DNA of 64,000 nt from Octopus bimaculoides (GCF_001194135.2 NC_068989.1:45500755-45564754), one strand, 5' to 3'; counted from the stretch's first letter, positions 36,552 through 49,004 are shown. Made by a program: numbers and translations. The notes: generated by a model not told the origin, from the letters alone.

Positions 36552-37231
36552 NNNNNNNNNNNNNNNNNNNNNNNNNNNNNNNNNNNNNNNNNNNNNNNNN
36601 NNNNNNNNNNNNNNNNNNNNNNNNNNNNNNNNNNNNNNNNNNNNNNNNNNNNNNNNNNNNNNNNNNNNNNNNNNNNNNNNNNNNNNNNNNNNNNNNNNNN
36701 NNNNNNNNNNNNNNNNNNNNNNNNNNNNNNNNNNNNNNNNNNNNNNNNNNNNNNNNNNNNNNNNNNNNNNNNNNNNNNNNNNNNNNNNNNNNNNNNNNNN
36801 NNNNNNNNNNNNNNNNNNNNNNNNNNNNNNNNNNNNNNNNNNNNNNNNNNNNNNNNNNNNNNNNNNNNNNNNNNNNNNNNNNNNNNNNNNNNNNNNNNNN
36901 NNNNNNNNNNNNNNNNNNNNNNNNNNNNNNNNNNNNNNNNNNNNNNNNNNNNNNNNNNNNNNNNNNNNNNNNNNNNATATATATGAAAGTAGTTCAATAT
37001 AGTTTTTGTGTAATTGTTATTTCTTTTTTTTTTAAATATACAGTCTGATCTGCAATGAAAAGTGCTGAATAGTTCTGACATAACTTTTTAGCAACTTTTT
37101 ACTTACGGAAACAAGAATTATGAGGTTAATGCTGGTAATACTCATAATATGATTAATGTTCAGTTCGACCACTTGCAGCTTATACATTGAACTATATAAA
37201 TTAAATCACATACGTCTGTACATGTATGTAT

Positions 37232-38280
37232 GTCATTGTTCAGTTTTATTTCAAGAATTCTTGCCAATTGAGCAAGAGTCGGTTTCTAACCTAGATTGAA
37301 GCCACCTTAATTGGAATTTCAGCATCAACAACAGGGGATATTTGTTTGTATGTACGTACGTACGTGCGTATGTATGTATGTATGTATGTATGTATGTATG
37401 TATGTATGTATGTATGTATGTATGTATGTATGTATGTATGTATGTGTGTGTGCAGATTTGCATGTTTTGCATTATGTATGTATTCTCATACACACAGTTG
37501 CATATCTAGACATGCTCATATATATTTAAAGGATAAACTTCTTGATAGTTTTACAGATTTTTACAGTTCCAGTGATGGATTGGGTCTGTAGTCTTCAAAT
37601 TAGCTTTCTCCTTTCTGGTTTCCAGAAACCTAATTTCTGAAGATTGTTATTTAGGCAGTGTGTTACATATCCCAGGGCTCCAATAATTACAGGTAATCTG
37701 GATAGAGTAACTGCAGATTTATCAATACTTTAGCGTAGGTTTTTTTTTTCACTGATCTTCAGCTTTATGTTAACAGCTGTTAGGCAGCTAATTTCTACAA
37801 CTGTGCACAGTTTCTCTTCTTTGTCTCAAATCATTATGTCAGGTCGGCTGTGCTTGCATTTTATTGAGGTCTTCAGTGGGACATTCCACCAGAACTCCTT
37901 TTTATTATGAGTGGCTATGGTTTCTACCATACTGTGGGTTCTTATTTCTTTATCCTCGGGTTTATCTTTCCGAAGGATTTCATTATAGAGTATCCTACCT
38001 ACAACATCATGCCTCATTGGTAGATAACACCGTGATGACATTTTCGGACACCTGCATATGATGCGGATGATACCTTCGGTGCTAACTCCACAAAGTCTGC
38101 ATCGGTTGTCACAATTTACTGCATTTCCTGTATCTCTGTCCCTTTTGTACATCAGGTACTTGGTTGATATTTCCTGTTCCTGGATTTCTTGCCAATTGAG
38201 AAAGAGTCGGTTTCTAACCAAGATTGAAGACTTCTTTATTGGAATTTCAACATCAACAACAGGGGATTTTTGCTTGTATG
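37232..38280 (-). mobile_element. R4/Dong-clade RLE LINE, (CATA)n-associated family, chimeric (tail-body-tail)
   Basis: IQEQEISTKYL...CRLCGVSTEGIIRIICRCPKMSSRCYLPMRHDVV...WWNVP...RPDIMI, homologous to 11210-12061. A 95-bp direct repeat lies at 37258-37352 and 38186-38280. Confidence 0.9.
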
Positions 38281-38567
38281 CATTTTGCCCGGAGAAGGCC
38301 CCTTTATGAGGTCGAGCGGTAAGAATTACTATACACATTACAACCAGGCGAAATGATACATTAACAGGAAGTTGGATGTCCGATATTTCGCTGTTATCTC
38401 AGCTCATTGGCCCTTTTGCTCGAGTCAAGTTGGAAATGATTTTGAATCGCCACTCGTCTGAGGTACATACAAATCTATTTGCTGATGTCCAACAAGGCCG
38501 CACAAAGAAATTAAAGATAAACTTGAACTTAGAAGTAGATCTATTCATGTAAATATTATTTCTGTCT

Positions 38568-38975
38568 ACTAAAAGTACAAGGCATGAAATTTTAGTAGAA
38601 TGTGATAGTCGGTTACGCTGACCCCAGTGCCCAACTTAGTACTTATTCTATCGATCTCGAAAGCATGAAAAGCAAAGTCAATCTTAGCGGAATTTGAACT
38701 CAAAATGTAAAGATTGACGAAATACGCTAAGAATTTTCCCCATGCGCTAACGCTCCTGCTAGCTCGCCGCCTTACCTCGTCGCTTTTAATAATCCTTTGC
38801 ACTATAGGCCTAAGACTTGAATATTTGGGTGGTTTTTCAGTTGATTACATCGAATCCAGCACACAACTGATACTTGTTTTATCGTTGGCCTCGGTGAAAT
38901 TTGAACTCAGAACACGAAGACAGACGAAATACCGCTAAGCATTTCGTCCGGTGTGCCAGCTCGCCGCCCTATCAC
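38568..38975 (-). mobile_element. Two head-to-tail SINE family B copies
   Basis: Two ctagctcgccgcc / ccagctcgccgcc heads (about 38770 and 38968), each with gaatttgaactca. Confidence 0.85.
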
Positions 38976-39234
38976 CGCCTTCAATAATGTAACATAAACA
39001 TTGTTGTTAAGACATAAGTAATGTATGCTGTTTGTTCAAACGCGTCATCGCTCCGTACCTGAATGTGAAACGTGGTTATCGATATTTCGGTGTTATTTTC
39101 AGCTCATCAGCACTATATATTCGAGTGACATACGAAACGAAATTCGAATCTCTTTTGGACTGGAAAACACTTAAACAAAACAGATACATTAATACGTGAT
39201 ATCAATAACGCTTACAATAATAGAGGTGCTCCTT

Positions 39235-39455
39235 TAAGGCGCCAAACTGGCAGAACCGTTAGCACGTGAAGCAAAATGTTTAACGGTATTTCGTCCGTGT
39301 TCGCGTTCTGAGTTCAAATACCGCCGAGGTCGAATTTGCCTTTCATCCTGTCGTGGTCGATAAAATATGTACCGAATGAGCACCGGGGTTGATGTAGCCG
39401 ACTTACTCCTGCCCCGAATTTGGTAATCTTGTGCCAAAATACGAAATTAATAATA
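39235..39455 (+). mobile_element. SINE family B
   Basis: aaggcgccaaactggcagaaccgttagcac...gagttcaaataccgccgagg...tgtgccaaaa. Confidence 0.88.
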
Positions 39456-39794
39456 GAAGCGCTTCTAATTCAAAATTTAACACGCGCGCACGCGCACAAT
39501 CACACATACACACGCACATACACACATGTATATATTGGTACATTGTAATGGTCTTGCCTTCTTTCTGTTATCTTAGAGTTACACCATAAATTAATTTATA
39601 TTTTAACTTCTGTTCCTTAATCTGTGTCTTAGATAATTAATACAGTCACTTCCTTGTTATACATTCCCATCTGAACTTTAAACTCTACTAGCTGAAATTA
39701 GTAGGCTATATCCTAGTTAACTCAGTTTAAATAACACATGATGAGTCTGGAGATTTACGTAATACGATATAATCTGTTATAACTACATTAAATA

Positions 39795-39833
<39 letters not shown>

Positions 39834-41383
39834 GTTTCTATGTTTAGATTTAATCTTTAAAAATACATTATTCCGAAAGGTTACAAATTTATTATTCTTA
39901 AACAAGGATATTTTTGTTGTTGTCTATAAGAATGTGAGAAATATGTAAGCAAAAAGTAGATGGTTAGGTTGCTGTTGCAATTGGAATTCATACTCTAGAA
40001 GTTAACTTGACTGGCTGCCTGAGCAACAAAAGCAACATCAACAACACCAGCAACACCAACAAAAACGACAACAACGACAAGCCCAATCAGTGGTGACGTG
40101 GCAACTATATGGTCATTGTGTATGCTAGAAATAACAATAAACATCACCATGAAAATCACATTCCTCTGCCTTAGAATGAAAAGATGCGTTGCATTATCCA
40201 GTTTTAGTTGTTCGATGTATTTTCAAAAATACGACAGGAAGCTCACGGCTGGAAGTCTATTGATCGTGTGTTAAGTAGATAAGACATGACTCGAGGTTAA
40301 ATACCAGCAAGAATTCCAGCAAAATTAGCGCGACATGGTCATTTAAAAACCACTGAATTTTCTTCAATAGAAATACGAACAGCCAATCCAAAACGGCTCC
40401 GTGAATAAACAGCGACTAAAATAGTGCATATATTCGCAGCAGGCATTATTATGTTATCGATTGTTGTAATAGAATTCATTGGCAATGATTTGAAAGTTGA
40501 ATAAAGTCTTTAATACCAAGCTAATAAAAGCTGCTTTTAGCAATTTTCTTTACTGGCTACGCTTTAGTCGAAGTAGGAGCTCCATGCACAGGCTTCTTAG
40601 GCACAGAATTTCGTGAAATTGGCAATGATGGTCACAAGAATCAGGAGAAATGGTCCCAAATTAAACCTGATTCTTCATTCTTATAGGATCACATTTTTGT
40701 AATAGGATCAAGCCTATTAACGGTGAAAATGCACCAGTTGTTGGGCAAAGCTTAAGCTACAAGTAGCAAGTAGCTTTTCCTGAGCTTGTGTTTTAAGTTT
40801 ATAGATCTGCTCTATAGATATCATAAGACTTTTAGATCTGATTTTAGATCATTGACAGTTCATAAAATGCAGTGGGATCAAATAAGAGCATGCTACCAAG
40901 GGATTAACGCTAGGCACGTTAGTAAATGATTTAGATAAGTTAGTAGATGCCTCAAAGGACAAGGACTAGTATCAGCTTGGGGTCAAATACATGGTAGCCA
41001 CTTGTAAGTTTTTCTCGATTCTGAAGGATGAAAAAAATATATTGGCCCTCATTATCGTGATTTGAACGCAGAACGTACAGAGCTCCAGAAAATGCCGCAT
41101 GCCCATTTTTCAGACGCTCTTACAATTCCACGATAGACTGCTCAACATGATATACTAACCAAGGAAAAATATTTTAAAAAATGCAGAGCTTAGTTGAGGA
41201 AATGTAGACCTGAAGAAGTAGGCGGAAATAGATGTCTCTGTATTTAACACCTTCTCTCAACCACTTTCCGTTTCTCTCTTCCCACACACATACCCAACAC
41301 GCTACATACGCATTCACACACACAACACACATATACAAACTCACACACACATCACATACTATACTCACAATGATTTTCATTGA

Positions 41384-41425
<42 letters not shown>

Positions 41426-42139
41426 CACCTGTGTTTGTGTTTACATCTGTGTGTGTGTTTGTACATGTGTGTGTGTGCGTTTATGTGTGTGTATGTGTGT
41501 GTATTTGTGTGTGCGTGTGTAATGACAACGCTAATCAATTTGAAATAACCGTACATCAGTTTCCCAAGAGTTTACATTGAACATAATGAAACATTTAGAA
41601 CTCTCGAAACTGAAAATCCCATTTAGCTATTTGCATTTGACTATTTGTTTGTGTGCATGTATATGTCCTTTCTAGGCGTATATATCTGTGTAAATCACTA
41701 TGGTGTGTATCGAGTCTCTGTGTTAGAATAAGTCTGTATAATATTTATATTCTTACGTATACAACTGACTTAAATACAAGTTCGTCTTCCTTGTACGTTA
41801 CGCTTAAAGGGAAAAAGTAATTATTCTTTCGCACCAATAAACATTCAGAGACTATATATTTCTAAGGCAGTCTCGAAGACGACAACTAAGCTGGATTTAA
41901 CAAATACGATTTAAAAGAAGAAAAATATTTCATAGCTGTGGATTTCCTATCATGAAATTAGGTGAATGACGCTCCTGGAAAGGAAATAAATTTAGCTGCA
42001 GACTCCATTATATCATGACGACAGTATGGCTATCGTGTACGTCAACAGAGCACAGTTAATTGAAGTTTTTGCTTTCTGAATCATTGGTTAGTCCGTTTAA
42101 GAGAGAAGTAATTCAATAATAATAATAATAATAATAATC

Positions 42140-42250
42140 CTTTCTAATAAATTCCCTGCTGGAATTTGAACTCAGACCGTAAAGACGGGCGAAATACCGC
42201 TAAGCATTTTGCACGGTGTGCTAACGATTCTGCTAGCTCGCCGCCTTAAT
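42140..42250 (-). mobile_element. SINE family B, internally deleted (head and tail only)
   Basis: (aat)n-cctttc tail joined to gaatttgaactcagaccgtaaagacgg...ctagctcgccgcctt. Confidence 0.8.
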
Positions 42251-42269
42251 ACTAATGACAATAACATTA

Positions 42270-42728
42270 ATAGGGCTACACCAAATATTCTGATGAATAC
42301 CACAGATTTGCATGTCAGTTGTTTGACTTTAGACAGCTGAACACATCCCTTGCTGTCTGACGATATGTGCATCTCTGATCACGAATAGAAGTAGTGGAGT
42401 ATCATAGCCATATATTGAGAGGATTTATTTGCGGTTTGAATAATTCACCTTTAGAAACATGGATGTTTCGTTCAACATCCTTAAACAACCCTTATTCAGG
42501 GATCTTTTGTGTGGGATGATGTACTCGACCTGAAGAAAATTCTAACTGGGCCCCACCTGCGAGGTCATGTTGTATTTATCTTCACATTAGATCAATATGT
42601 CGCGCTTATATGGTTGTAACGCATGTGCCTGGTGTACCCTTATCAGACGGGTAATCATGATGAGTATATTGGACTTCGCATATTTGTACTCCGGTGTCAC
42701 TTTGATGGCATGCTCTGCTCTCTCACTC
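42270..42728 (+). mobile_element. Probable retroposon 3' portion ending in (AAT)n
   Basis: A GC-richer non-coding body ends in ctctctcactc followed by (AAT)n. It was recalled as an octopus dispersed repeat, but no second copy is present in this window. Confidence 0.4.
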
Positions 42729-42732
42729 AATG

Positions 42733-42812
<80 letters not shown>

Positions 42813-42821
42813 AATAATAAT

Positions 42822-42927
42822 ACAATACAGTAAACATAAGAGCACCACAGCAAACCACAGCACATACCCAAGGCGCACAGAGCTGCGCTCGGTAGTGAAG
42901 TGAAAGCACGTTATAAAAATAAAACTA

Positions 42928-42930
<3 letters not shown>
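42822..42930 (+). mobile_element. Dong-like RLE LINE, 3' UTR-only copy inside (AAT)n
   Basis: About 93% identical by eye to 44041-44148; (AAT)n on both sides. Confidence 0.9.
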
Positions 42931-42994
<64 letters not shown>

Positions 42995-43701
42995 NNNNNN
43001 NNNNNNNNNNNNNNNNNNNNNNNNNNNNNNNNNNNNNNNNNNNNNNNNNNNNNNNNNNNNNNNNNNNNNNNNNNNNNNNNNNNNNNNNNNNNNNNNNNNN
43101 NNNNNNNNNNNNNNNNNNNNNNNNNNNNNNNNNNNNNNNNNNNNNNNNNNNNNNNNNNNNNNNNNNNNNNNNNNNNNNNNNNNNNNNNNNNNNNNNNNNN
43201 NNNNNNNNNNNNNNNNNNNNNNNNNNNNNNNNNNNNNNNNNNNNNNNNNNNNNNNNNNNNNNNNNNNNNNNNNNNNNNNNNNNNNNNNNNNNNNNNNNNN
43301 NNNNNNNNNNNNNNNNNNNNNNNNNNNNNNNNNNNNNNNNNNNNNNNNNNNNNNNNNNNNNNNNNNNNNNNNNNNNNNNNNNNNNNNNNNNNNNNNNNNN
43401 NNNNNNNNNNNNNNNNNNNNNNNNNNNNNNNNNNNNNNNNNNNNNNNNNNNNNNNNNNNNNNNNNNNNNNNNNNNNNNNNNNNNNNNNNNNNNNNNNNNN
43501 NNNNNNNNNNNNNNNNNNNNNNNNNNNNNNNNNNNNNNNNNNNNNNNNNNNNNNNNNNNNNNNNNNNNNNNNNNNNNNNNNNNNNNNNNNNNNNNNNNNN
43601 NNNNNNNNNNNNNNNNNNNNNNNNNNNNNNNNNNNNNNNNNNNNNNNNNNNNNNNNNNNNNNNNNNNNNNNNNNNNNNNNNNNNNNNNNNNNNNNNNNNN
43701 N

Positions 43702-43734
<33 letters not shown>

Positions 43735-43735
<1 letters not shown>

Positions 43736-44145
43736 GGCCAGAGGTAGTTGTCAGAGATCATGAAGAAAAAAATGTTTTCTAATTGATGCATCAATACCAA
43801 CAGATGACAACGTTTCTCTAAAAGAAATGGAGAAACTTTCAAAATACAATGACCTGGAAATAGAGGTAACTCGAATATGGAATCTAAAAACAGAAACAAT
43901 TCCTATCATAGTAGGCGCCTTAGGTATGATAAAAAAATATTCAGAGAAATACATAAGAAAAACACCAGGACTTACAAGTATACATAACATACAAAAAATT
44001 GCACTACTGGGCACTGCACACATCCTACGCAAAACACTTTCAATACAGTAACCATAAGAGCATCACAGCAAACCACAGCACATACCCAAGGCACACAGAG
44101 CTGCGCTCGGTAGTGAAATGAAAGCACGCTATAAAAATAAAACTA

Positions 44146-44148
<3 letters not shown>
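43735..44148 (+). mobile_element. Dong-like RLE LINE, 5'-truncated, inside (AAT)n
   Basis: RPEVVVRDHEEK/ (one-base slip) CFLIDASIPTDDNVSLKEMEKLSKYNDLEIEV...IPIIVGALG...IQKIALLGTAHILRKTL* is a PD-(D/E)xK restriction-like endonuclease C-terminus, followed by a short UTR and (AAT)n. Confidence 0.92.
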
Positions 44149-44243
<95 letters not shown>

Positions 44244-44844
44244 TAACAATATACACATGGAGAGATTCATACAGTATATATTATGCGTGTGTGTGTGTTT
44301 GTGTGTAGGTGTTTGTGTGTGTGCTTGTGTTTCTTACTAAGGTGTGGAGGTTAACAACACAACACAGGGTGTCTGTTGTTTCCAGAGAATCCAAATATTT
44401 TCCCAGTAGTTTTGTTTTCAAGCAAATTTCCTTCTTAGATCCCATTCTTCGTTAGGAACGCATTCAGAAAAATAAAGATGTTTACTTCATGACTTTTGTC
44501 TGTGTCTTCATAATCATATGTTGTTTGGGATTAATATGAAAATGATATTTATCTAGCTTTATATAAATTGTAAAGATGAACACATAACACTTCCTCCCCA
44601 TGCTATAAATATAAATGATAATATACATCTAGATATTTTCAATGCATTTCACTGAATTAATTAATTCATCGTCGATGAAATCCCATGAGGGAATTTTTAG
44701 TACTCCTATTGTCTCCTCCGTTACTCTCCTAATAGATATTGTATATTAAGTGAAGTTATTTATGTCTATTTATTTACATATTCTATTGGCTAAAATACTA
44801 GGAAATAATTTGTAGTACAGGGTAATATCGAAACCAAATTCTAT

Positions 44845-44995
44845 GTATGCATGTACGTACGTACGTCTGTATGTATGTATGTATGTATGTATGTATACGG
44901 GCAGATTTGTATGTTTTATGTATGTATTTTCAATCATATAGTTGCATATCTAGACATGTTCATATATAGTTAAATTATAAACTTCTGGAAAGTTA
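44845..44995 (-). mobile_element. (CATA)n-family R4 LINE fragment (ORF end and start of 3' UTR)
   Basis: gcagatttgtatgtttt...gttgcatatctagacatgttcatatat..ttaa..ataaacttct matches 37452-37545; flanked by (TATG)n. Confidence 0.8.
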
Positions 44996-45075
44996 TGTAT
45001 GTACGTATGTATGTATGTAAGTATGTATGTATGTATGTATGTATTTATTTATTTATCTACCCATCTATCTATCTA

Positions 45076-45136
<61 letters not shown>

Positions 45137-45374
45137 GTTAATCATTCAATCAAAGAAAATGTTTTTTGTATTTATCATTATTTTCCTATGTGGAAGAAGG
45201 CTTAGAAACATTCATTCCGCTTCTATTTTCGATGTAAGCTTTTATACTGTACGACTGATCCTCTATATTTTTATTTTTATTGTTTGAAATTTCGTATTAA
45301 TGATTCCGTAGTAACAATTTCGGCACACTTTCTACATATAAAGTAATTTGTAGCTTGATGGATAATAATATTCA

Positions 45375-45770
45375 GTTCAAATTTTGACACAAGTTCAGCA
45401 ATTTCGGGGGAAGGATTTCGTCGATTACATCGACGCCAGTGTTCAACTCGTACTTATTTTAGCGACTCCTAAAGGATGAAAGGTAAAGTCGACTCCGACG
45501 CCATTCGAACTCAGAAAGAATGCCACTACGCATTTTTCCCAGTGCAGTGACAATTCTGCCACTTCGCCGCCGGTTTATGTCTAGTAATGTTGATATAGCT
45601 TACATAATATAATTTTTTCTACTATAGGCACAAAACCTGCAGTTTGGGGGATGGGAATAATCGATTACACCGATACAAGTATTCAACTGGTACTTATTTT
45701 ATAAACTCTGAAAGGATGAAAAGCAAAGTCGACCTCGGTGAAATTTGAGCTCATAACATGAAAGCAGACG
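45375..45770 (-). mobile_element. Two head-to-tail SINE family B copies
   Basis: Tails aattttgacacaag (about 45380) and ttttctactataggcacaa (about 45615), each followed by tcgattaca...aaagtcgac. Confidence 0.85.
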
Positions 45771-46314
45771 GCTTACATAATATAATGGAATTAAAAGAAC
45801 GTTACTTTCTTTTTTAATTTCTGTACTTTCGGAAATAATATAACTGCTACACAGGATTTATGAAAGGACCAGAGCAAACTGTACCGTGTATCAAGGCAAA
45901 ACTGAGTGTACCTTATATATTTTTTTTTTGTTCACGCTAATAAAGCAACGAGACTTTAATTTCGTTTGTGATTTCGTCAATTCTTTTTAGAAATTAGCGT
46001 AATATTAAAGTTGATGTTTCATTCACGGATGAAATGTGAAACAAGGTGAGTATATACATTAATACACTGACACACAGTCACAAATAGAAAAACACACGCA
46101 AACACATATATGTATGCGCGTGTGTGTGTTTGTGCGGGCGCATACATACTGACGTACGCATTTATGATGATTTTATTGGCGTTGAAAACACTGAACCTAA
46201 ATAAGTGATATTCGCATTTATACATTCTTACTTAAAAATAATAACATCAAAAGCACTCTTTGATATTATTATCCCGATATGTCAAGTATATCAATTCGTA
46301 ACTAATCAACTTAC

Positions 46315-46415
46315 AATTTCCGGCTGCGATAATGGTGGCATATTCATAGTATGAACCAAAAGGAATATAAATTTTCTTCGCATATTGCAGTATGTTCCAA
46401 TGCTCCATAGATTTG
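46315..46415 (-). CDS. Candidate coding exon (phase-compatible with 48579-48720)
   Basis: Acceptor ttttgcgagacagtgcag and donor ATT|gtaagt; 101 nt. Two frames are open: KSMEHWNILQYAKKIYIPFGSYYEYATIIAAGN or NLWSIGTYCNMRRKFIFLLVHTMNMPPLSQPEI. Confidence 0.3.
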
Positions 46416-46494
46416 CTGCACTGTCTCGCAAAATATTTATGAAACACATTCCTTACATCAAGAACTCATGTAACACAATATTCTTAAGACTTCT

Positions 46495-46965
46495 AGGGCG
46501 GCGATCTGGCAGAATCGTTGGCATACTGCGCAACATGCTAAGTGGCATTTCGTCCATCTTTACGTTATGAGTTCAAATTCTGCCGAGGTTGACTTCGTTT
46601 TCCATACTTTCGAGTTCAATAAAATACGTACCACTTAAAAACTGGTGTCGGTCTCATCGTCTTATCTCTTAAACCAAAATTGCTGGCCTTGTGCCAAATT
46701 TTGAAACCAATATTTTTAATACTTCTAGGGCGGCAAGTTGGCAGGATCGTTAGCATGCAAGGTAAAATGATTTACGGCATTTCTTTCACTTTAGCTAGAT
46801 TTCGTTCGTCTTTACGTTCTGAGTTCAAAATTCATCGAGGATTACTTCGCCTTTCATTCGTTAGAGGTCGGTAAAATAAATACCAGTGGAACACTGACGT
46901 CGATGTAATGGACTTATCTCTTCCTCCGAAATTTCTGGCCTTGAGTCAAAATCTGAAATCGATAT
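46495..46965 (+). mobile_element. Two head-to-tail SINE family B copies
   Basis: Heads tagggcggcgatctggcag (about 46495) and tagggcggcaagttggcag (about 46726). Confidence 0.88.
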
Positions 46966-47940
46966 TTTTAACACTTCTGTGTCCAGTGAGTCTCAGTATT
47001 CCAATAGTATCTTCTAGAACGGTACAAACCAGCCACCAGTAAACAATGACACCTACGCATATCCCTTTGCAGGGTTTCCTCAACGGTTGTCTAAAATCTC
47101 CCCAGCAAGAAATTGACAAATGATTTATCATCTATACAAAACCTAACGAGTTCCAAAATTGTCTCTGAAAACAATTGTTACGGCTATAATTCTTAGTATT
47201 CTATTCAATTTTACACGCAGCGTAACTGAAAACCGTTTCCTGCTCTTATATCTTATCACCATTTATTTCAATATCTCATCACCTACATGCTGGGGCACTT
47301 CGTTAAAGAATTTAATCCAACAAATAATCGTTCCCAAAATTGATGGTAAAGTTTGGTGTCTATTCTATTGCTATTCATTTCGCCGAGGGGCTACATCACA
47401 AATACGTAAATATATTATATGTAAAACAGTAGGAAGAATGAATCTCAAACTACATTGTTGCGAAGTGACCCTTTAAACATTCCTGCTCTTCTCTCTCTCT
47501 CGCTCTCTCTCCCCTCCCCTCTTACCCTCTCCCTCCCCGCCTCCCTCTCTCTCCTCTCCCTTCCTCCCTCTCTCTCTATTTCTGTCTGTATATATATATG
47601 TTTATATATATATGTGTGTCTGTGTATGTATGTATATATGTATGTATGTATGTATAAATCTCTCACACACATTAGCATTTATATGACTGTGCTAGTATCT
47701 CTGTGCCTCTCTGTTTAAGGATATAAAGGAATTATTATTATTATTCATTAACTGAATGATGAGCTTTCACTTTTCTCTAGTTTATTTTAGACCCTTTCCA
47801 GTACCAAATGGAAATTTAATTTACATTAGTTACATTTGAAACAAAATCCACTCGTCTCCTGGGTTTTTCCCCGGTGTTAATTATATACATATAAATTATT
47901 AGTACTCGATTTTTTTTGTCTTTTTGAAACTTTTCTAGCT

Positions 47941-48195
47941 GAATTTTGCAGTGGATTCTTTAAATTCATTTTACTTGTTTATAGCAGTAAACATCAACTT
48001 AGTTTGTAAAGTGTTGTTTTTCTGGCTACCATTAACTATAAAGGCTCTTGAAAGTGTCCGATGTATGTTTGCTGAATTTAAGAGTCAATTCCTTGAATTA
48101 TTTTGAGTCTTTTGAGGCGGTAAACATCAACTTCATTTGTAAACTGTCGTTTTGCAGGCAGTGTGCATGTGCTGCTATAAACTATAAAGTCTGCC
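47941..48195. repeat. Diverged tandem duplication, period about 133 bp
   Basis: gaattt...gcRgtaaacatcaactt..tttgtaaa.tgt.gtttt...taactataaag occurs twice (from 47941 and 48074). Confidence 0.75.
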
Positions 48196-48578
48196 GAAAT
48201 CATTCAATGTATGTTAGCCACAGCTCAGCGTTCAGGGAAAATTGGTTTTTTTTTCTGTATGTTCCATCTTACTAAGTGAGTAATTCGGGGGTCAGCAGAT
48301 AACTATTCAAATTCCTCACAGTTAAAGTAATCATTCAGGAAAATTATCAAAAACAGAAAGCAGTTATTTCGTTAGTCTTTAAGCAAAATCTTTAGTCTTT
48401 CGTCATGTCCTTGACTTTCAGTTATAATGATGTATTCCCTTTCGCGACTTCATTAGTTGAAGGGACAATTTCATAAGAATATTCGTGTGTATTACTATAA
48501 GTGGTCACTTAATCCAATGTCTTTCGACATGACTTAGGTTCATTGGAACGTAGGTTAAGACCGCGAATTTACAGACAC

Positions 48579-48720
48579 CTGAGAGGAATTTTGCTGACTT
48601 CACACATGATCATCGCGTATCCTGTTAAATCAATTGGAATCGACTGTACTTCTGGTATCCAGCTTTTACTATTATATTCATCTGATTCTATTGTTTCCTT
48701 GTATGGTATATAGGCCATTT
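48579..48720 (-). CDS. Candidate coding exon
   Basis: Acceptor tttatttatttgatccgttaaag; donor CAG|gtgtct or CT|gtaaat. 142 nt, open in one frame only: MAYIPYKETIESDEYNSKSWIPEVQSIPIDLTGYAMIMCEVSKIPL. Confidence 0.3.
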
Positions 48721-48963
48721 CTTTAACGGATCAAATAAATAAATTCATATATTATTTATATTGCGTCTGTGTTGCTAATTAGTTTCTGTGCGCGCGTGTG
48801 TTTGTGCTTTTGTGTCATAAGTATTTTATAAAATTCCGAGAAAACATGGACAAAAACATGTTTGGTATATCTCGATGCGCGCGCAAACACGTGCGAGGGC
48901 AATCTTCTACTTTTCATTCCAAAAGGAGGTTTTAACCTAAAATTTACATCCTATTATTCACAG

Positions 48964-49004
<41 letters not shown>

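Noticed and set aside
37258-38280. LTR retrotransposon interpretation of the 95-bp direct repeats
   Set aside because: There are no TG...CA ends, PBS or PPT, and the interior is an RLE non-LTR ORF.
41757-41802. 46-nt minus-strand exon candidate VTYKEDELVFKSVVY
   Set aside because: The splice sites are good, but it is too short, and no phase-bridging exon from 46315 was found.
45185-45330. FN3-like peptide YSIKAYIENRSGMNVSKPSS on the minus strand
   Set aside because: An in-frame stop lies upstream, there is no usable acceptor or donor, and the match is probably an AT-rich coincidence.
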